This document shows positions 1 to 16,200 of a stretch of 64,000 nucleotides of DNA, piece after piece (position 1 is the first letter of the stretch; every line of letters begins with the position of its first letter). The translations under genes were made by a program, and so were the position numbers. The stretch comes from Eledone cirrhosa (Eukaryota): assembly GCA_964016885.1 (NCBI GenBank), contig CAXHJY010000270.1:1-64000 (forward strand). Direction: 5' to 3'. Under the pieces are notes generated by a model. That model saw only the letters and a list, made by a program, of their open reading frames with translations, searched no databases and had not been told where the DNA came from.

Positions 1-101
1 CATGCGGACACACACATATATACATGAATGCATCCGCACCCAACTGTGAGTTAAGGGTGCCAACTTCACCGATGTTGCTCAATGAATGACTGGGACAGAC
101 C

Positions 102-417
102 AATATATATATATATATTATATATATGTTATATATATATATAATATATAATATATAATATATATATATAATATATATATATATATAATATAATATATAT
201 ATATTATATATATATTTAATATATATATATAATATATATATATATAATATATATATATATATATAATATATATATATATATAATATATATATATATATAA
301 TATATATATATAATATATATATATATATAATATATATATATATTATATATATATATTATATATATATATAATATATATATATATATTATATATATATATA
401 ATATATATATATATTAT

Positions 418-460
<43 letters not shown>

Positions 461-648
461 TAGATATATATATATAATATACATATATATATAATATATA
501 TATAATATATACATATATATATAATATATATATATATAATATATATATATATAATATACATATATATATATATATATATACATATATATATACTATATAT
601 ATATATATACATATATATATAATATATATATATATAATTTATATATAC

Positions 649-691
<43 letters not shown>

Positions 692-760
692 TATTTATAT
701 AATATACATATATATATAATAAATATATATATTTATATAATATACATATATATATAATAA

Positions 761-797
<37 letters not shown>

Positions 798-1390
798 ATA
801 TATTATATATATATATTATATATATATATATATATTATATAAATATTATTATATATATATAATATATATATATATAATATACACATATATATAATATACA
901 TATATATATATTTAATATATATATATATATTTAATAGATATATAATATATATTTAAATATATATATATATAATATATATATATCATATATATATATATAT
1001 AATATATATATATATATTTAATATATATATATATTTAATATATATAGATATATAATATATATTTAATATATATAATATATATAATATATATATAATATAT
1101 ATATATATATAATATATATATATTTAATATATATATATATATATAATATATATAATATATAATATATATATATATAATACATATAATATATAATATATAT
1201 ATATATAATATATATAATATATATATATATAATATATAATATATATATATATATAATATATATATATATAATATATATATATATATAATATATATATATA
1301 ATATATATATATATAATATATATATATATAATATATATATATATATAATATATATATATATAATATATAATATATATATATAATATATTT

Positions 1391-1422
<32 letters not shown>

Positions 1423-1542
1423 ATATATATTATATATATTATATATATATATATATATAATATATATAATATATATATATGATATATATTATATATATAT
1501 TATATAATATATATATTGTATAATATATATAATATATATATA
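102..1542. repeat. (TA)n-rich degenerate microsatellite
   Basis: About 1.4 kb of almost pure A/T dinucleotide repeat; the YI-repeat ORFs here are artefacts. Confidence 0.98.
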
Positions 1543-4500
1543 TGTCCTGGGTATGACATTAAACTACATCCAGTGGCAAGGCTCCAGTTCGGGAGTTCAG
1601 GAGATGTGGGGAATGTGGAGTTACCCCTTAGTTGTCATGACTCCCAGGTCTGCCCTGGCCCTGGGTGGTAGTACCTGTTAGGGCTCCATTTATGGGTTAA
1701 ATAACTACCTTATTCGAGTGGCGCCGTTAAGGTATTGTCAGCCATTGAAAAGAAATATGGAGAGTCTCTCTAACAGCACTAGGGCTAGAGCCCCTAATTT
1801 ACATGTCAAGGAGCAGCCTGGTCGTTATGACTCTGCTGGCTTAGAGCCACAGAGAGGGCCAGTGGGTGATGGATCCGCTGTCTCTGAGACAAATATAAAG
1901 AATGCAGTTTTGTCCTGCAGAAGAGCCATCAAAATGGGCACTTTGAATGTGAGGACTATTCGGACGCTGGAGAAGAGAGAGGAGTTGGGACATCTGTTCG
2001 AGGAGAGTGGTATACAGATACTTGCGATCCAAGAACACAGGATTCTACACGATGAGCCCGTGAGGAGTGTGATGATCGGGAGGAAGAGCCAGCCCATCAC
2101 TACATCGGCAGTGAAGAACACAACAAATGCTGCAGTAGGAGGAGTGGGTTTTGTGTTCAGTGCAAAAACCAATCTGTTGGTGAGGGAAATAATGCCTATC
2201 TCCCCGCGAGTGTTGAGGGTGACCTTCAATGGAAACCCAAGACTGACAGTCATCTCAGCCTATAGTCCAACCGAGGGGGACAGTGATGTGAATGCGGAAG
2301 AGTTCCATGAGGAGGTGTGTAGAGCTGTCAACACCACTCAGGCACACAATATCCTGCTTGTTTTGGGGGACTTCAATGCACATCTGAGTAAGGAGGGCAG
2401 TGAAGATCCTTGCTGGTACTTCCATAACAACACCAACCGAAATGGAAGACTGCTGAGAGACACCCTGCTGGAGGCGAACTTGATGGCGACCAACCTAAGG
2501 TTTAGGAAGAATCTGGGGAAGATGTAAACCTACATCTCAGATATGCACCTGTCCAAGTCCCAGATTGATTTCATTCTGGTGAGGAAAAAGTGGCTGAATA
2601 GTGTTCTGAACACGGAACCATACAGCTATTTCAGTACACTGGGTAGTGACCACCGGCTTGTTATGAGTGAGGTCCGCGTGAGCTTAAGAAAGAGCAAGGC
2701 TCAGCCCCAGAGAACAATCTATGACTGGGGAGCTTTCAAGGAAGATGATAAGCTGCAGGAGAGGTTCACAGTGGAAGTGAGAAACAGGTTTAGTGCTCTG
2801 TGTGGAGAGTCAGAGGAGAGAGAGATTGGATGGACTGAGGAGAGTGTGACGAGAAGGTACGGGCACTTCACCAATGCAGTGGCGGAAGCAAGTGAAACCC
2901 TGGTGCCGAGGAAAAAGAACAAAGGGAAGCACGTCAGCTCTGCAAACCCAAAAGTGTGTGCAGCCAGAGAACACCTGAAAGCTGCCAGGGACCAATTCTA
3001 TGCTGATCCTACGGAGGAGAGGATGGAGACTGTGGAGGTGATGAGGGAAGAGTTCTGTACCGCTTACACTGAGGTCAGAGAGGAGGCACTGATAGAGAAG
3101 ATGAGAAGTGTGGAGAGAGCGGTTGACAGATCTGGATGTAAGGAGAGCTGGATGATCATCAACGAGATCACAGGGAGGAAGAGAAGGTGTTCAAGTCAGA
3201 TCCAGGGAACGGGGCCCGAGGATAGGAAGAGGAAATGGCTAGACCATTTTAGGACCCTACTAGGAGAGCCACCCTCCACAGCCCAGAGCACTGGGGAGAT
3301 CAGGCGGCTGTTTGAGGAACTGGATGTTGAGACAGAGCCATTCACCAGAGAGGAGCTTCAGAGAGCCAAGAAGAGGATCAAGGAGGGCAAGGCTCATGGA
3401 GAAGATGGAGTGGCATCAGAGGTGATGAAGAGGTGTGATTTTGATGATATCATCCTGGGGTTCTGTAACGGGGCACTGGAGAAAGGAGTTGCCCCGAATC
3501 AGTGGAGGAACAGTAACAAAGAAGGGAGATCTCTCTAACACCAACAACTACCGGGGGATCTCACTGACGTCACTTGTGGCAAAGACCCTCAACAGGATGA
3601 TTCTTAACAGGATCCAGCCTGAGATGGAGAAGAAGCTCAGGGACAACCAGAACGGCTTCAGAGAGGGTAGATCAACCACCAGTCACATCCTGATGCTGAG
3701 GAGGATATTAGAGGGAGCTAGAGCAAAGTGCCTTCCTGCGGTCATGGTTTTCATTGACTTTAGGAAGGCCTTTGATTCTGTGGACTGTTACTGCCTGATG
3801 AAGATCTTACAGGCTTATGGAATCCCCAAGAGGATAGTGGACCTGATATCACTGCTCTACACAAACACCAAAGCCCAAGTCATTACACCTGATGGGATGA
3901 CAGAGTTCTTTGAGATACTGGCTGGAGTGCTCCAGGGAGATACATTGGCTCCCTACCTTTTTATCATCGTAGTGGACTATTGTATGCGCCTTGCACTGGA
4001 GAAACACCAGGACTCTGGCTTTACTGTAGCACCGGCTCAGAGCAGGAGAGTTAGGGCGAAAAAGGTATCGGATGCTGAATTTGCCGACGACATAGTTTTG
4101 GTGACAAATACAGTGAAGGAGGCAGAGGATTTGATGCGGGAGGTTGAGACTGTGTCGATGAGTGTGGGGCTGAGAATGAATGAGACTAAAACAAAATATC
4201 TGGTAGAGAATGTTGAGAAGCCAGAGGGGATCACTAATGTAGGCGGGAAGCCGCTGGAATTGGTTGAGGACTTCCTGTATTTGGGAGCAAAGATTGGGAA
4301 TATGGGAATACGGAAGATGATGTGGTTGAGAGGAAGAACAAGGCCTGGGCGGCGTGCCACAGCTTGAGATCGGTGTGGAAGTCGGACCTTCGTAGAGACC
4401 TGAAAATCCGCCTCTTCATTGCTGTAGTGGAGTCTGTGCTGCTGTATGGGTCTGAGACTTGGACACTGACCAAGAAACTCACTCAGATGGTGGATGGGTG

Positions 4501-4845
4501 CTACACGAGAATGCTGAGGATGGCTCTGAACATTAATCAGTATACACTGAGGATGAAAAACTCAGAGCTGTATGGGAGCATCCCAAAAGTCAGCTCAAAA
4601 GTGACACAGAGGAGACTGAGGTTAGCTGGACATGCTCACCGACATCCAGAGTTGACATTGCACTCAGTACTCCTTTGGGAGCCCCTACATGGACACACTG
4701 GAAGAGGAAGACCAAGGTTAACGTATGTTGATGCCCTAAGGACAGACAATGGTCTGTTGGAGATACAGGACATGGAGCGATAATGAGGGACAGAGACCGC
4801 TGGAGAGAACTCGTCCATGGATCTCGGGAATTTTACCCGCCTTAG
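1543..4845 (+). mobile_element. RTE-clade non-LTR retrotransposon, near full length (~3.3 kb), inactivated
   Basis: Short 5' UTR, then a single APE+RT reading frame broken into the ORFs at 1718, 2543, 3435 and 4322; (TA)n on both sides. Confidence 0.95.
1718..4843 (+). pseudogene. RTE ORF pseudogene: AP endonuclease plus reverse transcriptase
   Basis: APE motifs GTLNVRT, IQEHR, GVGF, SAYSPT, LGDFNA, QIDFILV, SDH. RT motifs KKGD..NYRGISL, QNGFR, FIDFRKAFDSV, GVLQGDTLAPYLF, FADD. RTE C-terminus VLLYGSETW, RRLRLAGH, GRGRP. Lesions: in-frame TAA at 2525-2527, frameshift near 3515, 8-bp duplication TGGGAATA at 4295-4310, probable further frameshift near 4780. Confidence 0.93.
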
Positions 4846-4981
4846 ATATATATATATATAATATATATAATATATATAGCAGACGAGAACTGACTCTCCT
4901 CGATCGAGTTTATCTCAATGTTTTTGTTATTTAATATCTTCAACAGCTCTAGAGAGACTTATCAATATACATCCATATGGA

Positions 4982-5155
4982 TGTATCGATAGAGGGTCGG
5001 ACGCCATGCTTTCCAGCATAGTTACTTCCCTTTACGGACTGAGTTCAAATCCTGCCGAGGTTGACTTTGCCTTTCATCTTTACGGGGTCGATAAAATAAA
5101 ATACCAGATATACCCTGGGATAATTGCTGGCCTTGTGCCTAAAGTAGAAACAATA
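4982..5155 (+). mobile_element. tRNA-derived SINE (abundant family in this window)
   Basis: B-box-like GAGTTCAAATCC, conserved body GCCTTTCATC(C/T)TTACGGGGTCGATAAAATAAA, 3' end GCTGGCCTTGTGCCTAAAGTAGAAAC; many near-identical copies elsewhere in the window. Confidence 0.85.
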
Positions 5156-5180
5156 ATTATGATTTAGATGCTATTTAGGC

Positions 5181-5231
5181 AATATTTTCTAGCAACCAAT
5201 ATTTTCTAGCAACCAATATTTTCTAGCAACC
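5181..5231. repeat. 17-bp tandem repeat x3
   Basis: AATATTTTCTAGCAACC three times. Confidence 0.9.
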
Positions 5232-5732
5232 TGCCCACTCGCCGTAAGGCACCAATCACATTCTTTCTGACTTGGCCACTGCAACGTCACAGTTCTTAGC
5301 CATTTTGAATTTGTTTCTGGCGGGGATCATTTAAGAAAAATCTTCGTCCAAGTGAGTTTGTTTCCTGATGATTTCGAAGCTCGTGAATTTATCCTTGATC
5401 GGATATTTCCAAAAGCGAATGAAATCCCATGGGGTAGAAACGTAACTTTGGTATGTTTATATACATTTTTTCTTCTAACTTTGATTTTATACCTATTTGT
5501 GTATGGTTGACGATATATTTAATTGATTTCCACGTGCTATTAGAAATACTGGATAAATATTCTATAGTTGTTGATCGCGAATAGATAGCTGTCGTTTATT
5601 TATTTATTATTTTTTCATAGGTGTCTTTTAATCTTATAGCCTGGTTTAATTGGTTTTTTGTGTGGTTGATTATGCTGATTGGGAGAGGAAATGGTGTATA
5701 TAGTTTATCAAATGATTCTATGGACATACTTT

Positions 5733-5767
<35 letters not shown>

Positions 5768-5770
<3 letters not shown>

Positions 5771-5960
5771 AAAAAGTATGACCCCGACGGCAGAGCTCAA
5801 GCCGTTTCGACGGTTATTTCTGGACTAGAAATTGCCGTCTAAACGGCTTGAGCTCTGCCGTCGGCATCATACTTTTTCCTATTTCCCACTCTACTACCCT
5901 AAGTATTGAGTACTCTGGTGCGTTATGGTCCATCTGGTTCCTTACCACAATTCCTTTGTT
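5768..5960 (+). mobile_element. Fold-back copy of hammerhead-bearing Penelope-like family F (palindrome plus ~80-bp tail)
   Basis: Arms 5768-5820 and 5825-5880 are inverted; tail CCCACTCTACTACCCTAAGTATTGAGTACT...CTTACCAC; (TA)n on both sides. Confidence 0.8.
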
Positions 5961-6209
5961 ATATATATATATATATATAACTATATATACACATAACAGG
6001 TTATATCTTGATATAGTATATATATTTAACTATGTATACAAAGCATGTGATATCTTAATATATGTATATTTATATATTTAAGTCAATACATCTATTGCTG
6101 GTTATATCATAAGAAATATGTGTTTAACTATATATATATATATATATACTTACCACTTGTATCTTAGTATACATATTTAACTATATACACACAACACGTC
6201 TGTGTTTAT

Positions 6210-6524
6210 ATATTATGTGTATGTATGTGTCTGTGTGTGTGTGTCTGTGTGTGTGTCTGTGTGTGTGTCTGTATGTGTGTGTATGTATGTATCTGTGTGT
6301 GTGTGTGTGTATAATCAATTACAAGTTTGATAGACAAGTTAAATAGTCGTTAGAAATTACACTGTTTCTGGTGTATATATTCCTCAATTTTACATAATTG
6401 GATCGAATATACATCATTTATTTAATCACTTATGTATACATTCACGCAAAACACACATACATGCCTCAGCCTACATACACACTATATCTACACACACATA
6501 TACAGACACGTGTATATATATATA

Positions 6525-6598
<74 letters not shown>

Positions 6599-6686
6599 TA
6601 CATATATACATACACACACACAAATATATATATATATATTTGTATATATATATATACACATATATATATATGTGTGTGTGTGTATG

Positions 6687-6744
<58 letters not shown>

Positions 6745-6764
6745 CACACACACACATATATATA

Positions 6765-6841
<77 letters not shown>

Positions 6842-6909
6842 GTGTATATATATATATATATATATAATATATATATAAATATATATATATATGTGTATAT
6901 ATATAATAT

Positions 6910-7000
<91 letters not shown>
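6210..7000. repeat. (TG)n/(TA)n/(CA)n compound microsatellites
   Basis: Directly visible simple repeats. Confidence 0.95.
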
Positions 7001-7004
<4 letters not shown>

Positions 7005-7298
7005 TTTTAGACGCGTTTTCTGAAAATATATTCATCAAATATTTATCGAGGTGGGTTTTATGGTTTGTGTGTTTCCACATGAGAAGCAATTTGTCTTTTA
7101 ATCAAAGCAATTATCTACAGAATAATAATTATCTTCTAAAACCTGCTTAACCTTTGCGCGACTGTAATTTGTGCATAAAATCTAACGAAAGTATTCGCTT
7201 CTCTCAATATAGAAAGAACGCTAATTGTATCATTACGCGATGTCAAGAGGCTTTCTGACAAACCCCTGACAGAATCATTAGTGAGCCAAATGAGGTGA

Positions 7299-7378
<80 letters not shown>

Positions 7379-7447
7379 GGGAAGTGTTATATCGTAAGTG
7401 CATGTTGCTTCCATCTTCGTCACTGCATCCGATATTTATATGTATAG

Positions 7448-7514
<67 letters not shown>

Positions 7515-7725
7515 TACAATATATATATATATGTATGTATGTATATGTCTGTCTGTCTGTCTGTCTGTCTGTATGTATGTATGTATATATATATATATAT
7601 ATATTATATATACATATATAAACACTGGCGTTCATGAAATTATTAAACAAAGCATATTCAAATAATTACATTACATTTCTATTAACATACGTACGTACAT
7701 TAACATTTGCGCATGTATGTATATA

Positions 7726-7820
<95 letters not shown>

Positions 7821-7841
7821 GATATATATATAAATATAAAT

Positions 7842-7908
<67 letters not shown>

Positions 7909-7937
7909 AACAAAAGATGGTTAAAAGAGTTCCATGT

Positions 7938-8006
7938 ATTTTATTTTGCGCATTTCAAAAACAAATATCATCATGCAATAATATTTGAGTTTTCATCAGA
8001 TAAAAT
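7938..8006 (-). ncRNA. Type I hammerhead, cleavage site mutated (same family as 24715)
   Basis: Minus strand: ATTTTAT CTGATGA [stem II hairpin] GAAA TGCGCA AA ATAAAAT; UH is replaced by AA. Module 7905-8065 is an inverted copy of 24651-24815. Confidence 0.7.
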
Positions 8007-8060
8007 AGGAAGACATGATATGAAGGTTAAAAAACACTTGTGGATAGTGCAGTTTTAAAT

Positions 8061-8129
<69 letters not shown>

Positions 8130-8179
8130 GCGTGTCTGTGTGTGTGTGTGGGTATACATATATATGTATATATATATTC

Positions 8180-8220
<41 letters not shown>

Positions 8221-8244
8221 TATATATATATGAAAGAGTCAGGA

Positions 8245-8333
8245 ACCCGACAGCTGAGCTCTTGCCGTTTCAACAGCTAGTTCCAGACTGTATTGCGGAT
8301 GTGTTGTCGTTGGAAGAACTGTTTTATCAGGAT
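8245..8333 (-). ncRNA. Hammerhead-like motif with CUGAUAA core (family F, non-fold-back copy)
   Basis: Minus strand: ATC CTGATAA AACAG..TTCCA-loop-TGGAA..CTGTT GAAA CGGC-aagagctca-GCTG TC GGGT. Confidence 0.65.
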
Positions 8334-8371
8334 GTATCAATTACTCTAAATAAGAGCGTACATTATTTATT

Positions 8372-8630
8372 TAAGTACCAGTAATGCACTGGGTATTTGC
8401 TGGCCCTGTGCCTAAAGTAGAAACAATTATTTATTTAATTGTAAAATATCTTTACGAAAGTATCTGAATATACACCTCGCCATAATTGTCTCTACATTTG
8501 GCACAAGGCCAGCAATTACTCAGTACATTACTGGTACTTTATGTTATGGACCCCGTAAGGATGAAAGGCAAAGTTAACCTTGGCGGAATTTGAACTCAGA
8601 CCGGAAAGGGACGTAACTATGCTGGAAATC
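8372..8630. mobile_element. Two SINE copies in opposite orientation (8372-8428 + partial; ~8490-8630 -)
   Basis: Same SINE body and 3' end as 4982. Confidence 0.8.
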
Positions 8631-9313
8631 ATAACAAATATGTTTTGATTTAGAAACAGTACAAAATAGAAGACGTCGCCATGTTACAGCACATGACACG
8701 TCGCGTGTATTTCACTTCTAAACAATTTTAACCTGCAATTTCTTTTTTCTTTACTTGATATGTTCCTAAATTCTGTTGTAAACGTTCCGTGAGTATATTG
8801 ACGAGGAATGGGCCACCTTTTACGAGAAGAGGAGCGCATGAGATATTGCATGCAACCAGGCGCGCGACAAGCGCTAATTTACATTCGTACCCATATTAAC
8901 AAAAGTGGAGTAACACAATATTCTTCACCCCCATCCCCTTTTCTAGCCTGCAGTCTGAAGGTTGTTAGATTGAGAGGTAGTAGAGATTCGCCCAGTAAGT
9001 TACACGTCCTCCTACACGCTTAGCAAACTAAAACGAAGGATCTGTTAAAGATAATTCACTCAGAGACGACGAGGCATTATAACAACATTCTGCTTCGTTC
9101 GTCTCTGGGCCCAAAACATAAAAACACATTTGTTTTCTTCTCTGTTATTTCTTTCCTTGTTTCCTTAAAGCCTAGAATAGGTTTACAATGATTCCGTTGG
9201 TTTACATCTATTACGCAATTTACACCTGAAGATGTTGCCAGGTTCTTTCGCAACCTACCCACTGAAATACGTGTACTGTTTGCAGGAATAAATTATTAAG
9301 GAAATTCAACATA

Positions 9314-9389
<76 letters not shown>

Positions 9390-9701
9390 CATGCATGATA
9401 TTTAACAAAGAGAGGACAAAACAACGTATGAAAACAAGGCAAAAGGAGAAAATAAATTTTTAAGGGAAGACTTTAAACAAATTACGTTTTGAAAATAAAA
9501 ATACAACGACTTTGAGGGTGATCGGTCGTTCAGGAGGTCTTTGGCAGTTTCGATCGTTACTAAAGGTACTGCAGGTCCAAATGGAGACAGCGTCTTGTAA
9601 AAGCCAAAGCACTGTCTATTGAGTAAAAGACATGACAAAACAATAATTTACAGCAATTAAACTAGATGTATGCTATACCCGTCTCTACCACACCAATTCG
9701 G

Positions 9702-9756
9702 ACTGCCTGAAGAGGTCAGAGCCAAAGATGGCTGTCACCGAAATATATATAGCAGT
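9702..9756 (+). ncRNA. Type I hammerhead ribozyme
   Basis: ACTGC CTGAAGA GGT..AGCC-aaagat-GGCT..ACC GAAA TATATA TA GCAGT, followed by AATAAA; 5-bp stem I and palindromic stem III. Confidence 0.8.
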
Positions 9757-9999
9757 AATAAACGAAGCCAAATTTTAAATATTTGACTTATTTATTTTAT
9801 TATACATTACGCCGGAGTAGCCAAACCAACCTGCACACTCGTTGAGTGCTCCAGTCTACATACTAAGGTGTCGGTAAACAACCAACATATACTCAAAATG
9901 TATATATATATACGCACACATGTATACTCCCATGCATATGAACATACATATGTATACGAATAGATACACACATATAAAAAAATTACTTACAAAATATAA

Positions 10000-10453
10000 A
10001 CATATATAAATACATTCTAACATACGTACATATATATATATATATACATCCATACATATGTATACATACATGCAAAGAAATATATATACACATATACAAA
10101 CTAACATACATACATCAATACATACTAACATATATACACACATAAATACATGAATCCATACATCTATAAATAAAAACATTCATACATATATACATACATA
10201 CATGCACACTTACATACATACATACATATATACATACGTACATATATACACACATACATACATATATACACACATACATACACACATACATACAGACATA
10301 CATACACAACCTACACAACATAAATACATACATACACAACAATATACACAACATACACAACAATATACACAACATACATACACAACATACATACACAACA
10401 TACATACATACATACACAACATACATACATACATACATACATACATACATACA

Positions 10454-10484
<31 letters not shown>

Positions 10485-10485
10485 G
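10000..10485. repeat. (ACAT)n-derived microsatellite
   Basis: Visible tetranucleotide repeat. Confidence 0.9.
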
Positions 10486-10728
10486 TACCTTTACAGAGAT
10501 GGAATTCTTTACCATTTTTGAATCTGGAGAAAGTTAATCAAAATTTCACTGCTAGAAATTTCACAAATAATTAATTTCGTTCATCCTAATCTTTTAGAGG
10601 ACGTTTTAATTAATTGAAAATTGGCGAGCATTTTGGTTGCCATAATGATGTGGGGGAGGTGAGAGGGAGGGGGCGAATTATAATTACGACTCGAAATTAA
10701 TTACACGAAGATCAGTCATCAAAACTGC

Positions 10729-10777
<49 letters not shown>

Positions 10778-10904
10778 TTTCGGAAGATGATAAGAATTTT
10801 AGTAATCAAAATAGAATAATAACGGTATAAATAATATTAATAAAAATAATAATGTTATGAACATTAATAACGAAAATATATCATTAATAAGGATACAGAC
10901 ACAC

Positions 10905-10979
10905 TTACACAGAGATACAGGCACGCACACACACGCACAAATATACATACATACATATATATGTGTATATATATATATA

Positions 10980-11026
<47 letters not shown>

Positions 11027-11137
11027 CAATAAGGATAAAATACTTTCGAAAAAAATTAGTGATAATTGTAATAAATATGAATAATTCTAATTTGAAGACA
11101 CACACACACACATGCACACACATACACACACATACAC

Positions 11138-11216
<79 letters not shown>

Positions 11217-11303
11217 AATGTATGTCAGTATATGATCATTAATACATATATTTAGAGATATACACAAATATATATATATAAAGAGAGAGAGAAAGAGATC
11301 TAG

Positions 11304-11344
<41 letters not shown>

Positions 11345-11350
11345 TATCTT

Positions 11351-11422
<72 letters not shown>

Positions 11423-11571
11423 TTATATATATATCTTTATATATATATATCTTTATATATATATATCTTTATATATATATATATATATATTTATATCTTT
11501 ATATATATATATATATATATAAATATATATATATCTTTATAAATATATATATCTTTATAAATATATATATC

Positions 11572-11628
<57 letters not shown>

Positions 11629-11639
11629 TTATATATATC

Positions 11640-11694
<55 letters not shown>

Positions 11695-11704
11695 TTATAT
11701 ATAT

Positions 11705-11750
<46 letters not shown>

Positions 11751-11760
11751 TTATATATAT

Positions 11761-11818
<58 letters not shown>

Positions 11819-11910
11819 TTATATATATATATATCTTTATATATATATATATATATATATATCTTTATATATATCTTTATATATCTTTATATACATATAG
11901 AGAGAGAGAG
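10905..11910. repeat. (CA)n/(TA)n tracts with recurrent CTT interruptions
   Basis: Visible simple repeats. Confidence 0.95.
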
Positions 11911-12203
11911 ATGAAGGTACGTATGTATATATGTATGAGAATCAGTAATAATAATTCTTTTAATTAGATTGTAAGACATTAATTTAAGTCTAAGGAACAG
12001 CTTATAATTGAAGGATATGGAATATAGAATATCATAGTTGAAAAATTGATGAATTTTTCATATAGTGCAGCGTGTTTTTCTGCCTAGAATTTATATTCAC
12101 CCATACAGTCACATACACAGCTACATCTATATATGTACGTATGTATATGTATGTATATTTATGTATGTATGCATGTATATATGCATATATGTATGTATGT
12201 ATA

Positions 12204-12239
<36 letters not shown>

Positions 12240-12281
12240 TGCAGGTATGTATGTATATGTATGTATTTATGAATATGTACG

Positions 12282-12313
<32 letters not shown>

Positions 12314-12315
12314 TG

Positions 12316-12623
12316 TTGGTCTTCTTTTTGGTAAATATCATCTTGGTTAAGAGAGTGGGACTGGCTTTGTGCAGTGCCTTTGCTCACTATAAAAGCTTCA
12401 CGGCACAGGCATTGCTTTATATCTGGAGATCTCTCTGCACTTGTCGTCACATGGTACCATGGGCCCAACACTATGTGTCAATAATTGTCACAAGTGTAGT
12501 CTTTGTACCAGAGTTTTCAAGTCGCTGGCTGGACTAAAAAGTCACTCGTTCAGCGCATCAGTAGGGGTTCTCCTACATGGATATAAAGTAGTGGCCGTAC
12601 TCGAAAACGAGTTGGCAGCCACC
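12316..12623 (+). mobile_element. Non-autonomous RTE-derived element, 5'-truncated copy
   Basis: Near-identical to 19571-20164 and 59109-60725; encodes the zinc-finger-like remnant [20 protein letters not shown]; followed by an (ATGT)n tail. Confidence 0.8.
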
Positions 12624-13292
12624 ATGTATGTATGTATGTATGTATGTATGTATGCAATTATATATGTATGTACGTATGTATATGTATGTATATTTATGTA
12701 TGTATGCATGTATATATGCATATATGTATGTATGTATATATATATATGTATGTATGCAGGTATGTATGTATATGTATGTATTTATGAATATGTACGTATA
12801 TGTATGTATGTATGCAATTATATATGTATGTACGTATGTATATGTATGTATATTTATGTATGTATGCATGTATATATGCATATATGTATGTATGTATATA
12901 TATATATGTATGTATGCAGGTATGTATGTATATGTATGTATTTATGAATATGTACGTATATGTATGTATGTATGCAATTATATATGTATGTACGTATGTA
13001 TATGTATGTATATTTATGTATGTATACATGTATATATGCATATATGTATGTATGTATATATATATATGTATGTATGTATGCAGGTATGTATGTATATGTA
13101 TGTATTTAGGAATATGTACGTATATGTATGTATGTATGCAAATATATATGTTTGTACGTATGTATATGTATGTATATTTATGTATGTATGCATGTATATA
13201 TGCATATATGTATGTATGTATATATATATATGTATGTATGTATGTATGTATGCAGGTATGTATGTATATGTATGTATTTATGAATATGTACG

Positions 13293-13324
<32 letters not shown>

Positions 13325-13730
13325 TGTATGTATGTATGTATGTATGTATATGTATGTATATTTATGTATGTATGCATGTATATATGCATATATGTATGTA
13401 TGTATATATATATATGTATGTATGTATGTATGTATGCAGGTATGTATGTATATGTATGTATTTATGAATATGTACGTATATGTATGTATGTATGCAAATA
13501 TATATGTTTGTACGTATGTATATGTATGTATATTTATGTATGTATGTATGTATATATTCATATATGTATGTATGTATATATATATATGTATGTATGTATG
13601 CAGGTATGTATGTATATGTATGTATTTATGAATATGTACGTATATGTATGTATGTATGAATGTATGCAATTATATATCTATGTACGTATGTATATGTATG
13701 TATGTATGGATGTATGTATATGTATGTATG

Positions 13731-13762
<32 letters not shown>

Positions 13763-13950
13763 TGTATGAATATGTATGTATGTATGCATATATATATATG
13801 TCTGTGTATGTATGTATGTATGAATATGTACGTGTATGTATGTATGTATGAATATGTATATATGTATGAATATGTATGTATGTATATATATATGTATGTA
13901 TGTATATGTATGCATGAATATGTATGTATATATATGTGTGTATGTATGTC
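12624..13950. repeat. (ATGT)n-derived array with ~160-bp higher-order unit
   Basis: Marker GCAATTA/GCAAATA recurs at 12654, 12814, 12974, 13138; GCAGG, GAATATGTACG and GCATG markers recur in the same order. Confidence 0.85.
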
Positions 13951-13979
13951 TATATTTTTTTGCTAGTTATAGCAATCCT

Positions 13980-14120
13980 CACCAGAGTACTCGATATTTG
14001 GGTTAGTAGAGTACGGTTAAATTATACATGGTCAGGGCACGTCGGCTGAGCTCTTTCCGTTTCAATATCCAGTTCCAGATTCTAGAAGGAGCTTTTGAAA
14101 CTAAAAGAACTCAGCCATGT
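13980..14120 (-). mobile_element. Diverged family F fold-back copy
   Basis: CACCAGAGTACTC tail remnant, CGGCTGAGCTC..CCGTTTC, and a decayed inverted arm GAAAC..ACTCAGCC. Confidence 0.55.
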
Positions 14121-14124
14121 TTGA

Positions 14125-15400
<1,276 letters not shown>

Positions 15401-15783
15401 ATTCAGATAGATAAATAGATAATTTTCTTTTTATTTGCCACCAGGGCATCAAAGAGTGGGACAAGTACAATGGGGGGAGTTTACAAAATAAGGCGTCCTC
15501 AATAAGGAGGAGGCAATAACAAAATATAAAAATAAAATAAAATATAACAAAATAAATTTTATAACAAAATCCTCAATAGGGAGGAGGCGCCTTGGGGGGT
15601 TGCCCCCCCCCCCCGAAAAAGTGTGCAACCCTTCTCCTCAGGAGCACAGAGAGGGGGTGCTCCCTTGATCTTTCATCTTCCTCACCTATAATCTGATGTA
15701 GAGTGAAGGCCCATTCAGATAAATAGATAGATAGTTAGATAGATAGAGAGAGAGATATGGAGACACACACACCCACAAACACA

Positions 15784-15878
<95 letters not shown>

Positions 15879-16072
15879 GAAGAATCAGGACCCCGACGGC
15901 TGAGCTCCGGCCGTTTTGACGTCTAGATCCGAACGTTCGGATCCAGCTGACGAAACGGCAGGAGCTCAGCCGTCGGGTTCCTGACTCTTTTCATATTACC
16001 TACTCTACTGCCCCAAGTATTTAGTACTCTGGTGCGTTATGGTTCACCTCGTATCTTACCACACCCTGTTTG

Positions 16073-16074
<2 letters not shown>
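15879..16074 (+). mobile_element. Family F fold-back copy
   Basis: Inverted arms centred on GATCCGAACGTTCGGATC (~15926-15943), then the family tail; (TA)n on both sides. Confidence 0.8.
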
Positions 16075-16111
<37 letters not shown>

Positions 16112-16200
16112 ATTTCCGTAGGAAAGGTACAGGAAAAGAGTGTGCTCTATGTAGGCTACAGAGCTTATTAGTTATGTAATAAACCACATAAGATAATTAT

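Noticed and set aside
1543-1717. HDV-like ribozyme in the RTE 5' UTR (also checked 59557-59680)
   Set aside because: Could not identify the P1/P1.1/P3 nested pseudoknot or L3 consensus by eye; needs a descriptor search.
9222-9275. CTGAAGA..GAAA motif (similar weak cases near 7010, 44790, 61110)
   Set aside because: Stems or core incomplete; may be chance or highly decayed.
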